Part shown: positions 43,472-54,863 of the stretch, piece by piece | Position numbering within the stretch: position 1 is the stretch's first letter | How the letters are laid out: each line of letters begins with the position of its first letter | Origin: Nitrospirota bacterium | GTDB lineage: Bacteria > Nitrospirota > UBA9217 | Reading direction: 5' to 3' | Assembly: GCA_963818475.1 (NCBI GenBank) | Contig: CAWFSF010000006.1 | Coordinates: 672,001-736,000, forward strand | Length of the DNA: 64,000 bases | The notes under the pieces: generated by a model | The model's database searches: none | Told to the model about the DNA's origin: nothing | Seen by the model: the letters and a program-made list of their open reading frames with translations, nothing else | Position numbers and translations under genes: made by a program

Positions 43472-46400
43472 TATGCCGCACCTCCTCTCTTGCCTGCGCG
43501 GACATTGCAGGTGAAGACCTTGCCTTCATGGATCGAGACATTGGGGTCCGCCACCAGAGCCGAGAGGTTGTTCACCACGTCGCTCTGCGCCCGTCCCTGC
43601 CAGCCCCAGTGCCAGGGAAGGCCGATCTCGTGCACGGTCTTTCCGTTGATCGTGAAGGGCCGCATGCGCTGCGTCACGAGCGCCCGGGCCTGGATCTTGC
43701 CGCGCGCAGTCTCGATCGTCATGTACTCGGCGTTCTTGATGCCCTTCTCCGCTGCCAGCTCCGGCGAGATCTCGCAGAAGAGCTCGGGCATCAGCTCCGC
43801 GAGCCAGGGCAGCCAGCGCGTCATGACCCCGGTCAGATGATGCTCGGTCAGGCGGTAGGTGGACACGACGATCGGATAGTCCGGGTCCGCGACCTTATGG
43901 TAGGGGTTGCCCGGGATCTTCCAGGTCTTTGCCACCGGGTTCGACTGCTGCTTGTACAGCAGGTTCGCAACCGGCGATTCATAGGGCTCGTAATGCGTCG
44001 GCAGCGGACCGTCCACCAGGCCGGCAGGCGCAAAGAGCCAGGCCTTGCCGTCCGGCCGCATGATGAAGGCGTCGTTGCCCGAAAGCCAGTCAAAGCCGAT
44101 GCCGTTGTCCTTGCCGCGAAAAACCGGCGCCTTGGTCGGCTGGAAATCGATGCCTTCGCCGGAAGGGGAGACCCATGAGCCGCGTGTGATTTTGCCGACT
44201 GGGTCTTTCACTTCTTTGTTCGGGTCCCAGTAGACGAGCTTCTTTTTTTCGGACCAGGGTCTGCCTGCTGCGTCCGCGGAGGCGCGGTTGTACATGATAT
44301 GCCGGTTCGCGGGCCAGGCAAAGCCCCAGTTGGGCGAGATCCAGTTGTCGCCCTGACGGCTGCGAGCCCTGTTCACGCCTTCCGCCGGAATGACGCCGGT
44401 ATAGATCCAGGCGCCGCATACGGTGGACCCGTCCTCTTTGAGGTTCGCGAAAGAGGCAAGCGGCTTTCTGTCCTCCCAGGTGTAGCCGTTGATCTCCTTC
44501 AGTACCTTGTACGCCGACGGCTCGTCCTTGATGCGGAAGTTCGCCACCTCGGCGGGCTCGGGTTCGTAATCCCAGAACAGGTTCCTGATCGCCCAATCGA
44601 GGTCCCTTGAAGACGAGGCATACATCGTTCTTCAGCTTCTTGCCCGAGATGGTACGTGAACCAGATGTCGCTTCTCGCATCATCAGGCGGATCGGCTGCT
44701 TTTTCGTGCTGCTGCAGAAGCCGCTGGGTATTCGTGAACGAGCCCTCCATCTCGGCCACCGCCGCAGCGGGAAGGAAGAAGACCTCGGTCTTGATGTCCG
44801 ATGATTTTACCTCGCCCTCCTTGATCTCGGGAGAGTTGCGCCAGAAGGCCGCGGTCTCGGTTTCGAAGAAATCGCGCACCACCATCCAGTCGAGCTTTGC
44901 GAGCGCTTTGCGCTGGAACCGGGCATTCTGGCCGCCGACAGCCGGGTTCTGGCCCATCACGAAAAAACCCTTGATCTTTCCGTTCATCATGTCAACGAAC
45001 ATGGGCAGATGGGAATGGTCGCCGGTGATCTTGGGGTGGTAGTCGTAGCCGTAGTCGTTCTCTTTTGTCGCTGCATCTCCCCACTGGGCCTTGAAGTAGG
45101 ACACTGCGAACTTGGGGTAATTGCCCCAGTAGCTCGTTGAGACCGGCACGGCCTCGGTGAGGATGAAGTCCTTGAACGTATCATGGTTCTTGCGCGCATC
45201 CGGCATGTTCAGATAACCCGGAAGGGAGTGGTAGAGCGTGGCGATGTCCGTCGAACCCTGGATCGTGGCATGTCCGCGGAGCGCCAGCACCCCGCCGCCC
45301 GGCCTGCCGATATTGCCCAGGAGCGCCTGAAGCATGCCGGCCGTGCGGATGATCTGGACCCCGACCGTATGCTGCGTCCAGCCTACGGCGTACGTGATGT
45401 TCGCGGTCTTTTCGCGGCCGGAATTATTGAGCAGCGTGTCGGCAACCTTCAGGAACTTTTCCTTCGGACAGCCGCAGATCTGTTCGACAATCTCGGGCGT
45501 GTACCTGCGATAGTGCCGTTTTACGATCTGAAAGACCGTATGCGGATCTTTCAAGGTTGGATCGGTTTTGGGCCTTCCCGGCACTTTCTGCAGCAGGAGG
45601 TCGGTGAAGGTCTTTGCTTCGGCCACGGAAGGGGCAGGCGCGGGATTCCGCTGATAGGACCAGCTCGCGTTCGAGTATGCCTTGCCGTCTTCCGAAAGCC
45701 CGGAGAAGAGGCCGTTCAGCTCTTCGGTGTCCTTGAAATCGGGATTCACGAGCGTGGCCGCGTTCGTATAATTGAGGACGTATTCTTTAAAGAAGGGGTC
45801 CGTGTTCCAGCGTTTGCTGTTGATCACATGACTGATGATCGCGCCTAGGAACACGATGTCCGTTCCCGCGCGGATGGGGGCGTGGATATCGCACATGGCG
45901 GACGTGCGCGTAAAGCGCGGATCAACATGCATCAGCACCGCGTTGTGGTCCGTCTTTGCCTTGAGCGGCCAGCGGAACGCCGACCGGATGGCATTCCGCC
46001 ATGTTGGAGCCCATGATCATGACCGCATCGGAGTTGACCAGATCGCGCGGAAATGTGGTTGAACCGCCTCTTCCGAAGGAGACCCCCAGACCGGGGACCG
46101 TGGAAGAGTGTCATATGCGCGCCTGGTTTTCGAGGTAGACCACGCCGAGAGCGTGCATCAGCTTCTGATGCGTGTAGTTCCACTCGTTGTCCATGGTCGC
46201 GCCGCCAAGGGACGCAAGAGCGTAGGTGTTCATCACGCGTTTCTTGCTTGAACCGCCCTTGTTCGTCCGGCATGTCCTGGAACTCGTTGAAATTCGCATC
46301 GCGGGTCTTTTTCGTGAGCTCCGCAATCCTGTCCATGGCCCAGTCGAGCGGCTTTTCCTCCCAGTGGTCGCTCCCCGGCGCCCGGTACTTGACCTTGGTC

Positions 46401-46714
46401 CAGCGCTGGTCATTGTTCACCAGCTGGTAGGTGGCCGCGCCTTTGGGGCAGAGGGTGCCCAGGTTGATCGGCGAATCGGGATGGCCCTGGATATCGATGA
46501 CCTTGCCCTGGTCATCGACCATGACGATCTGGGCGCAGCCCACGGAGCAGTAGGGGCAGATGCTCGGCACCTGCTTGCCGGACTTCATCGGTACCGTCTG
46601 CGTCTGCTGCAGCTTGCCTGCATCCGCACCCAGGCTTAAGCCCTCCGCTGCCGCAACCGCGCCGATAGCTCCTGAGGAGATCTTTAAGAACTGCCGTCGG
46701 GTGACATCCTTCAT
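43471..46714 (-). CDS. fdnG: Selenocysteine formate dehydrogenase alpha subunit, Tat-exported (plus frameshifts)
   Basis: TRRQFLK; CPYCSVGC...CPKG; NQARI-UGA-HSSTV; ALRGHATIQG; YRLTEHH. Confidence 0.92.
46068..46113 (-). promoter_or_regulatory. In-frame UGA (Sec) and SECIS stem-loop
   Basis: UGA CA CUCUUCC ACGGU CCCC GGUCU GGGG GUCUCCUUC GGAAGAG. Confidence 0.85.
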
Positions 46715-47066
46715 GGTGATCCGGTCTCCTTTCAGATACAATGACGTAAACACTATTTCTGCTACTAAATTATTCGTAACCGTTATTTTTTCTAATACTT
46801 TGGGTTAATTGCGTATATATATACTATATAAAAAAATGGTAGCGCGATATAAACACACTGTCAAATCCTCATGATCGTCTTTGAGAAGTTTTTGCACGTT
46901 GCCTCAGTTTCTCTCTTGAATCGCAATACGTATAGTCGTACTATTAAAGCAATGCCGGGACCGGTCCGGGTGCATTTCATGCCCGATGACCGGCCGCGTG
47001 ACAGAGCTGTTTATTTCTTATTTACCACAAGCACTCAACTGAAGTGCGGCCCGCAAGGAGTTCAGC

Positions 47067-47699
47067 ATGGGAAAACAAATAAAGGCTGTTTTCGTGTTTA
47101 TCCTCTTTGCCTCGACAGCAGTCGCAGGTGAAAACAGAATCAATGTCGCCAGCATCGATAGAAATCTTCCCTCTAACGGGGGCGCACGAAATGTACCCCG
47201 GCCGATAGTCGTCGAAAAACATGAATACTATGAGGTCAATGGGCGCTGCGAAAAAGACTTGCGGTGCGATATGGCACAAAAGGGCTGCAGGTGGGACGAC
47301 GGGAGTATGTACGATTCCGTCACCAGCTGGAGCTGGCAGTGGGAGTACGGCCATGACCACTCTTGTACTCCTGACGCCGTAATCGTGACCATGGAAATAA
47401 TCTCCCGTTATCCCAAATGGGTACAGACAGCTGGTGCTCCTCAATCCCTGGTGAATAAATGGAATGATTACCTGCAGAGCCTTGTCATACATGAAAACGG
47501 TCACCGGAATATGGCGGTGGAGGCGGCGACTGAGTTTAGCCGTGCTGTAGCAGCATTGCCCTCTGTCCAAAGTTGTTCCGAGCTGGACAGGATGGTGCGG
47601 ACCCTCAGTCGCGAGTGGATGGAGAAGCTGGATGCGGATTCAAAGGAGTATGACCTGGCCACCAATCATGGCGTTACACAAGGCGCCTTGTTTCCCTAA
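47067..47699 (+). CDS. DUF922 secreted Zn-dependent protease-like protein
   Basis: Signal peptide; YYEV.G; HENGH; EYD..TNHG.TQG. Confidence 0.8.
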   Translation: MGKQIKAVFVFILFASTAVAGENRINVASIDRNLPSNGGARNVPRPIVVEKHEYYEVNGRCEKDLRCDMAQKGCRWDDGSMYDSVTSWSWQWEYGHDHSCTPDAVIVTMEIISRYPKWVQTAGAPQSLVNKWNDYLQSLVIHENGHRNMAVEAATEFSRAVAALPSVQSCSELDRMVRTLSREWMEKLDADSKEYDLATNHGVTQGALFP

Positions 47700-47724
47700 G
47701 GAGTTGAACTCCTTGGCCTGAATT

Positions 47725-47759
47725 ATATGAGGCCGGCCAGAGCTGGCCGACCTCATAAT
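47725..47759. terminator. Hairpin after the DUF922 gene
   Basis: tatgaggccggccag-ag-ctggccgacctcata between convergent genes. Confidence 0.5.
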
Positions 47760-47831
47760 CACATCGGGAATTTCAATGCGAGCTGAATGGGCGTCCACGC
47801 GCCGGATCAGTTAATGACCCCGTCTCCAAAT

Positions 47832-48224
47832 TCAATAACCGGAAATTCTGCTCGGGTCGATATAGTTCAGAAAAGTATCAGGCTCAATCCTCGCGCCGCC
47901 TGCCGCCGACCCTCGAAATTCCTTAAATGCTGTTGGCCCCGTGCTGACGACGCCGGTCTCCGGATCAACATAGCCGGGAACCCTGCTCGGGTTGATATAG
48001 TTCATAAAAGTGTCTGGCGCCGTGCTCATCCCGCCTGCAGCCGACCCTCGATCGATGAATAATGCTTGCGGTGCCGGCAGGGTAGCGGCCCCGGTCTCCG
48101 GATCAACATAGCCGGGAACACTGCTCGGGTCAAGCGTGTTGATAAGGGAATCAAATTCCGCATAAGCTGTTCCAAAAGCAAGAACAAACCCTGTTATTGT
48201 TACTATGGCTATTAACTTTTTCAT
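47832..48224 (-). CDS. Secreted protein of ~2.3 tandem 45-aa repeats
   Basis: Signal peptide ending AYA; repeats DTF.NYI.PSRVPGYVDPETG...RGSAAGG. Confidence 0.75.
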   Translation of the reverse strand: MKKLIAIVTITGFVLAFGTAYAEFDSLINTLDPSSVPGYVDPETGAATLPAPQALFIDRGSAAGGMSTAPDTFMNYINPSRVPGYVDPETGVVSTGPTAFKEFRGSAAGGARIEPDTFLNYIDPSRISGY

Positions 48225-48357
48225 TTTTCGTCACCTCTTTTCTTTCAATTTCCTTTCTTGTGTTAATTATACCGCCCTTATATCGAGAAAAAGATATTGG
48301 CTGACAGTTCGACCTGATTTTTATTCCTGCTACCTCTGGTCCTCAAGCATCTTTCAT

Positions 48358-48537
48358 CCTAAAAGCGGCATTTGGACACGGAAGAATCGGAAACATCTGA
48401 TTACCAGAAGTAGGCGCTTCTAAGCGACGCGGATAAATTCTAAAGCATTCACCTGTTGGTGAACCTCGTATAAAAGAAATAATCCGCCGTTATCCGGCTC
48501 TTATCCGTGTTTATCCGTGTCCAAATGCTTTTTTAGG
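48358..48537. repeat. Periodic-arm palindrome (acacggat type)
   Basis: cctaaaagcggcatttggacacgga / tccgtgtccaaatgcttttttagg. Confidence 0.7.
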
Positions 48538-48688
48538 GTTCATGTCTTTGTCCCGGATGATTTTGTGCGTTCAATTTTTTCTGTTCGCCGCCGATCTCGG
48601 ATCAAAGTTAAGTAAATTTCAATATACTGAAAAGTTGATTTCTGGTACACTCATGCATATTTCTGTATAAAAAAGGAGGAGTAGTCTC

Positions 48689-49147
48689 ATGAAAAAAATC
48701 AGCATTGCAGTCCTGTTGTTTCTCATCACCGGTTTTGCGGTCGTCGCCCATGCGGGTCTGGATGATTTTATTCGCCGGGTCAATGATCAGGCCAAAGCTG
48801 ACATAAAAAGCTTTAACACCAAGTTAAGCGCGCAGTTCGGCATACCCGTTCCGAGGGTGGACGAGATACTGAAGGTCGTTGCCGCACCGGCCGATGCTTT
48901 TATGGTCCTCCAACTCGGGCAGATGGCCAACAGGCCGCCCGAAGCGGTCGTACCGACCTACCAGGCGAACCGGGACAAGGGATGGGGTGCCATCGCGAAG
49001 GAACTCGGCATAAAGCCCGGCTCTGCTGAATTCCACGCCCTCAAGAACGGCGATCTCGCCTTCACGGGTAAGGCCGCCGGTGGCAGTCAGGACCATGGCT
49101 CAGGAAAAGGGAAGGGAAAAGGGAACGGCCACGGCCGCAGGAAGTAA
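48689..49147 (+). CDS. Hypothetical secreted protein with GK-rich tail
   Basis: Signal peptide; KGWGAIAKELGIKPGSAEFHALK. Confidence 0.75.
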   Translation: MKKISIAVLLFLITGFAVVAHAGLDDFIRRVNDQAKADIKSFNTKLSAQFGIPVPRVDEILKVVAAPADAFMVLQLGQMANRPPEAVVPTYQANRDKGWGAIAKELGIKPGSAEFHALKNGDLAFTGKAAGGSQDHGSGKGKGKGNGHGRRK

Positions 49148-49339
49148 TCTGGATCTTGCCGTACCCGTTTTCCGACTTCTGTGAAGAACCGGACCCTGCA
49201 CGTTGGGCAAAACAATTATGGCTGTCCAACGGCAGGGTTTTTTTACATAACCGTCTATCAGGGAATGACGGCATGTATCCTATAGCGTCGGGGTTCATTC
49301 CCGACGTTCCCGGCTGATACCTAAAAGAAGCGAGGATAT

Positions 49340-50915
49340 TTGAATTTAATCCTGAACAATTTGCGCATAGCTGTTGAAAAAGACGGGAAAGATGAATACC
49401 TAAAAGCAGCTGCACAAAAATTGAACGTTTGTGAGACAGCCATACACATCGTCAAGATGCTGAGCAAGTCGCTTGATGCCGGCGACAAAGAGCAGTTCTA
49501 CTACGAAATATCGCTCGTGATCCATACTCCCGACAGCTTTGACAACAAAGAAAACCTTCCTGTATACACCGAAAAAATACCAAAAGAACGAGAATCAAAA
49601 AACAGCGCAGAGCGGCCGGTCATCATCGGTTTTGGTCCTGCCGGCATGTTCGCCGCTCTTGAGCTTATTGCCTATGGGCTCAAACCGATCATATTCGAAC
49701 GGGGTAAAAAGCTGGAAGAGCGGACCCTTGATGTCCGGAAATTCATGAACGAAAAGGTGCTCGACCCTGAATCGAATATCCAGTTCGGCGAAGGCGGAGC
49801 AGGTTCCTATTCCGACGGGAAGCTTTTTTCCCGGAAAATCAATACGGAATATATCAACAAGGTGCTGGATACGTTCATTCAGTTCGGTGCGCCTGAAGAG
49901 ATAGGGTATATCAGCAAGCCCCATCTCGGAACGGACGTGCTGTGCAGGATCGTCCGCAATATACGGAACCATATCCTCGAGCAGGGCGGGGAGATACATT
50001 ACCGCTCAAAAATGACGGACATGCTTCTGTCGGACAATGCGGTCGCCGGCGTCGTCATAAACGGGGAAAAGGAATATCGTTGTTCAAGCCTCTATCTTGC
50101 CGTGGGGCATTCCGCGCGCGATACCTTTGCAATGCTCCGGAACAAAGGCATCGTCCTCGAGCAGAGGCCGATCTCGGTAGGGGTGCGGGTGGAGCATCCG
50201 GTGGAGGTCATCAATCGCATGCGCTACGGCGATAAATATAAGGACTTCTCCCGCATCGGGGCCGCCACGTATTCGCTGAATTACACGGACCGAAAAATAA
50301 GAAGGGGAGTGTATACCTTCTGCATGTGCCCGGGCGGCGAGGTGATGAACGCCTCATCCGAACAGGGACTGCTGGTCGTGAACGGCATGAGCTATTCCGC
50401 AAGGGCATCGGCATTCTCCAATGCGGCCATCGTGGTGACCTGCCAGCCCGGCGATTACGGATCAGCCGACCCCCTGGCCGGGATCGAGTTCCAAAAGAAC
50501 ATCGAGCGAAAGGCTTTTCAGGCCGGAGGAGGGAATTGGTGCGCGTCCCGCTCAGAACCTGCCGGATTTTTTGAACAGGAAGACCTCGGGCAGTATAAAT
50601 GAAAATTCCTGCGCCACGGGAACGGCAGCGGCGGATATGCATGATATATTTCCCGCCTTTGTAAACGATGCGCTCGTGGCAGCCTTTAGGACCTGGGAAA
50701 AGCCCTATCCGTCATTTGTTTCCCCTCATGCCGTGTTGATCGGTGCTGAAACAAGAACCTCGGCGCCGCTCAGGATCACGCGCAGTGCGAGATTTGAATC
50801 AGTGAACATCAAAAACCTGTACCCCATCGGCGAAGGCTCAGGCTATACCGGCGGGATAACGAGTTCAGCAGCTGATGCGATAAGGGCTGTGGAGGCTGTT
50901 CTGTCATCGCTCTAA
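49340..50915 (+). CDS. Uncharacterised FAD-dependent oxidoreductase (COG2509-like; one frameshift)
   Basis: IGFGPAG, QFGEGGAGSYSDGKL, FCMCPGG, ETRTSAP, GEGSGYTGGITSSA. Confidence 0.87.
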
Positions 50916-51094
50916 CACGTGCTGCTGCATTACCGTTTACCGTGTGCGAGCTTGAGAAACTCCGCAGCTGTTGACTTCTTCCAGTACTCGTGGAGTTTCT
51001 GTTCTTTGCAAGAATCTCATTTTCAACTTTTATTTTTCAATCAATATCACCTTCACCATACGACATCCGCCCTATGACACCCCGTTCCATTGCA

Positions 51095-51262
51095 TTACGT
51101 TTCTACGGTGGTCATCTGCCGCAAACTCGTGATGTCCCTCAACGGCGGGGCGCCGAACAAGCGACCGTACTCGCGGCTGAATTGGGAGGGGCTCTCGTAG
51201 CCGACCTGAAACGCTGCGGTTGTCGCATCCTGATTTTCGGCGAGCATCAACCGCCGCGCTTC
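51095..51262 (-). pseudogene. C-terminal remnant of an AraC-family regulator
   Basis: Hand translation [44 protein letters not shown]...*. Confidence 0.75.
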
Positions 51263-51547
51263 GTTCGGAACACAGCAGTCAATGATGCAGGCGATCCATG
51301 CTACCCGACCCGGCGGCTATATTGGCTATGTCGGCGTCCCGCGCACGAGCTGTTCTTCGGCCACGTCCACCTTCACGGCGGCCCCGCGCCGGTGCGCCGC
51401 TACCTGCCCGATCTGATCGGCCTGGTGCTTAAGGGGAAGATCAACCCTGGCCAGGTATTCGACCTGACCCTGCCACTTGATCAGGTTGCCGAGGGCTACC
51501 GCGCGATGGACGAGCGCCGCGCGATAAAGACACTGCTGCGGCCGTAA
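51263..51547 (+). pseudogene. C-terminal remnant of a Zn-dependent alcohol dehydrogenase
   Basis: [22 protein letters not shown], then GGPAPVRRYLPDL...GYRAMDERRAIK. Confidence 0.75.
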
Positions 51548-51621
51548 GTGCAAAAAAGCAGAATTAAGAAGTAAGAAGTGTAAAGTCATTCTTCATAATT
51601 CTAACTAGATTGAAAGGGGAG

Positions 51622-51951
51622 ATGCCCATGTCAGACAGCGATGTAAAAAAAGCGACGGATGAGTTGAAGGCACTGGCACCGGATTATGCGCAATTGACGC
51701 AGGACGTTCTTTTCGGTGATGTTTGGAAACGTCCACCGCTTTCGCAGCGCGATAAAAGTCTGATTACTGTCACCATCCTTGTTGCACTGAACCGTATCGA
51801 ACAGGTTGAATTCCATCTAAAGAAGGCTCTGGAAAACGGGCTTACGAAGGAAGAGCTTGTGGCTGCGATCACGCATATCGCATTTTACGCCGGATGGCCA
51901 ACAGCGGCGTCGGGGCTTAGTCACTTGAAAAAAGTGCTTGATCAGAAATAA
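51622..51951 (+). CDS. Carboxymuconolactone decarboxylase family protein
   Basis: LFGDVW.RP.LS.RDKSLIT; H.AFYAGWP. Confidence 0.9.
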   Translation: MPMSDSDVKKATDELKALAPDYAQLTQDVLFGDVWKRPPLSQRDKSLITVTILVALNRIEQVEFHLKKALENGLTKEELVAAITHIAFYAGWPTAASGLSHLKKVLDQK

Positions 51952-52002
51952 GTTAGTTAGTAATTAAGGAATCAAATTTTACTCAAAACGGCAAGAATAT
52001 TT

Positions 52003-52134
52003 ACCACGAAGAACACGAAGTTCACGAAGAAAAACGTATAAGGCCGTTGTTAAAGACGTTAGCACATTGAATTCCTTCGTGCTCTTCGTGGCCTTCGTGG
52101 TGAAAAGATTTTGGTTCCGGCTTGGCCGGTTAGG
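52003..52134 (+). repeat. Family C palindromic element
   Basis: accacgaagaacacgaagttcacgaag / cttcgtgctcttcgtggccttcgtggt then ggttccggcttggccggttagg. Confidence 0.8.
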
Positions 52135-52145
52135 AGTATTTCATT

Positions 52146-52679
52146 ATGAATGTAACTAATAAGAAATGCCTGATAGCCTATTATTCCCGGAGGGGACAAA
52201 ATTATGTCAGCGGCAGGCTTGTCGATCTAAAAGTCGGCAATACCGAAGTTGTCGCAAACATGATCCAGAAAATGACGGGCGGCGATCTGTTTCATATTGA
52301 ATCCGTCACAGCCTATCCCAAAGAGTATACGGAAACTACGGAAGTTGCCAAGAATGAACTGCGTACCAAAGCCAGGCCGAAGCTGACAGGACGTGTTGAA
52401 AACATGAAGGGTTATGATGTTATCTTCCTAGGATACCCGAATTGGTGGGGAACGATGCCCATGCCGGTGTTTACTTTCCTGGAAAGCTATGACTTTTCCG
52501 GAAAGACAATTGTTCCCTTTTGCACCCACGAGGGAAGCGGACTGGGCCATAGCGAGAAGGATATTGCCAAAGCATGTCCCAAAGCGAGCGTGCTAAAGGG
52601 AATCGCTATTCATGGAACCAATGCGAGTTCCGCGAATTCAGATGTGTCGAATTGGATTGATGGGCTGAGCTTCCCCTGA
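52146..52679 (+). CDS. Flavodoxin
   Basis: YYSRRG...GNTE, LGYPNWWG, PFCTHEGSG. Confidence 0.9.
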   Translation: MNVTNKKCLIAYYSRRGQNYVSGRLVDLKVGNTEVVANMIQKMTGGDLFHIESVTAYPKEYTETTEVAKNELRTKARPKLTGRVENMKGYDVIFLGYPNWWGTMPMPVFTFLESYDFSGKTIVPFCTHEGSGLGHSEKDIAKACPKASVLKGIAIHGTNASSANSDVSNWIDGLSFP

Positions 52680-52876
52680 TCTCGACAGCAAAAAGGAGTC
52701 GCTATGACCCGCCGTGCAATTGCCTGACCGATCGGTCTTCCCCTAATATCACTGTTCTGAAATAGTACTATAATAATAAACAGAAGGCTAAAACACGAGC
52801 GGTGGTTTCTGATACTTTATGTCCCGAAAGAGCGTTGTTGCATCGGAGAATCGAGGCGTAAAGTGGAGGAGGGATT

Positions 52877-53554
52877 ATGAAACGCATTCTTGTCGCTATT
52901 TCTGCAGTAGTGCTGGTGATCGTCATGAACGGAACTGTTTTTGCCGTCGAACGTACGGGGTTCGAAGCAGGAATCAAAATGTGGTTCAACGACTGGACCC
53001 ACGATGACCCCCTCTTCGGGAGCGTTACCTCGGACATTGCCGTGCTTATCGGCCCCGCGATCAAAGCGGACCTCGGGAGTGCTTTTGTAGAAGCGTCGTA
53101 CCTTGCTGCCGGTTCGAATTACCGGTTCTCCGATCCGGCCGTTGTCGGCAATACGGAACGGCAGGATGTTGATCTCGCGGCCGGCTACAGTATCGTTCCT
53201 GAGTTCAGCCTGCTGGCCGGGTACAAGAATTCCGAGTTCAAAAACCACACTACGTCGACAAAGGCCACGGTGTACGGGCCGTTCATCGGTGTGCGCGCGG
53301 ACCTGCCCATGGACCCGTACCTCGCGTTTTATATCGGGTCGAACTATCTTTTTACCCGATATAAAGATGAGGGACCATCCGGCGATTTTCGTGAAGACAG
53401 CCCGGGATGGATCTTCGAGTTGGGGTTCAAGTTTTCCATTACCAGGGAATTCCGGGGCTCGTTCGGGTATAAATACGAAACGAATACCGGAAATGATTCG
53501 AACGTGCAGGATTCATTTTCCGGTATCACGCTCAGCGGCATGGTCGTTTTTTAA
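52877..53554 (+). CDS. Outer-membrane beta-barrel protein
   Basis: Signal peptide, alternating strands, terminal Phe. Confidence 0.7.
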   Translation: MKRILVAISAVVLVIVMNGTVFAVERTGFEAGIKMWFNDWTHDDPLFGSVTSDIAVLIGPAIKADLGSAFVEASYLAAGSNYRFSDPAVVGNTERQDVDLAAGYSIVPEFSLLAGYKNSEFKNHTTSTKATVYGPFIGVRADLPMDPYLAFYIGSNYLFTRYKDEGPSGDFREDSPGWIFELGFKFSITREFRGSFGYKYETNTGNDSNVQDSFSGITLSGMVVF

Positions 53555-53709
53555 AGAAGAACGGCTGAGGGCGCAGGTTTTCTGCAGCTCCCGAGCTGCC
53601 CATTATCTTTTGCATTCGAAGCACTTGGCGGGAATTCTCGTTGAAGGTCATGCATTTGCCGGTCGCTGTTAATCTTCTTTTCCGGCCCACTGCAGGCCCG
53701 GGAGGCCAT

Positions 53710-54810
53710 GTGGAGAGCGTACAAAAGGACACTGCGTCGATCGAATATGTGAGAGTGCAGAACTACCTGAACACCGAGCTCTGGATCACGAAGTCCCGGT
53801 GGATCGTTCTGGCATTCCTGTTCCTGTATCAGAATGTGCTCCGGCTCGCGGACTGGCCCCGCGGGCTGGGCAACACACTCCTCCTGATCGCCGCTCTGTA
53901 CAACGGCGCGATCGGTCTGTACATCAGAAAAACGAATTTTTTTTCGATCAAGCTGATACTGCTTTTTCTCTATCTCGACATGCTGGCTGTTGCCGTGGGC
54001 CTGTTTTTCACCGGAGGCGTGGCCAGTCCTTTCCTCTTTATCTGGTATCTGACCCTTTTTGCAACCGGGATCCGTTTCGGGTTCAGGCAGTCCCTCCTGC
54101 TCCTGGTCCCCATGTCTTCATGCTATGCTTATCTCGTGCATCGGGACATGGGTTTCGCAAGCCCTGATTCCGTCAACCGGCTGCTGCTGGGTTTAAGTTC
54201 ATTGCTTGCGGCTTCGGTGTACGGGACCATCTTTTCCCAGGGCGAACGCTTCACCATGAAGGTCATGGAGGATTTTCGCATGGCCTCGATCATAGACAAG
54301 CTCACCGGGCTTTACAATTACGGCTACTTCATGGACAGGCTCAAGCACGAACACTTCCGGACCGACCGGACCAAATCGAATTTTTCGATCATCATTTTCG
54401 ATCTCGATCGTTTCAAACAGGTAAATGACACCTATGGCCATGAAAAGGGGAACGTCCTGTTGAAGGCTGTTGCCGGGATCCTCACGACGAACGCGCGCGG
54501 CATGGACACGGTGGCGCGGTACGGGGGCGAGGAATTTGTTATCCTGATGCCGGACAGCAGGGGCGCGGAGCATGAAATGGCCGAGCGCATCAGGAAGAAG
54601 GTCGAGGAAACGGAGTTTAACGGGATCGCAGAGGGCCCGCTCAGGATAACGATCAGCGCAGGCATCTGCACCTATCCCAATGACGCCAGCTCCGGCGCCG
54701 ATGTTCTCGTCAATGCCGACAGGGCGCTTTATGCCGCAAAAACAGGCGGAAGGAACAGGACGCGCTCGTGCCGTGAAATTAAGGAATCTTTAAAGAACGG
54801 GACTGCGTGA
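53710..54810 (+). CDS. Membrane-bound diguanylate cyclase
   Basis: Multiple TMs; D.LTGL.N, DLDRFK.VND.YGH, ARYGGEEF, RxxD I-site. Confidence 0.9.
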   Translation: MESVQKDTASIEYVRVQNYLNTELWITKSRWIVLAFLFLYQNVLRLADWPRGLGNTLLLIAALYNGAIGLYIRKTNFFSIKLILLFLYLDMLAVAVGLFFTGGVASPFLFIWYLTLFATGIRFGFRQSLLLLVPMSSCYAYLVHRDMGFASPDSVNRLLLGLSSLLAASVYGTIFSQGERFTMKVMEDFRMASIIDKLTGLYNYGYFMDRLKHEHFRTDRTKSNFSIIIFDLDRFKQVNDTYGHEKGNVLLKAVAGILTTNARGMDTVARYGGEEFVILMPDSRGAEHEMAERIRKKVEETEFNGIAEGPLRITISAGICTYPNDASSGADVLVNADRALYAAKTGGRNRTRSCREIKESLKNGTA

Positions 54811-54863
54811 AGACGATGACCTCAAAGCAGCGGTCCCGCGCTTCCGCGGTCACGCAAACCGAT

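Noticed and set aside
46760-46860. ModE/Rex-like operators upstream of fdnG
   Set aside because: The region is AT-rich with only weak, asymmetric matches.
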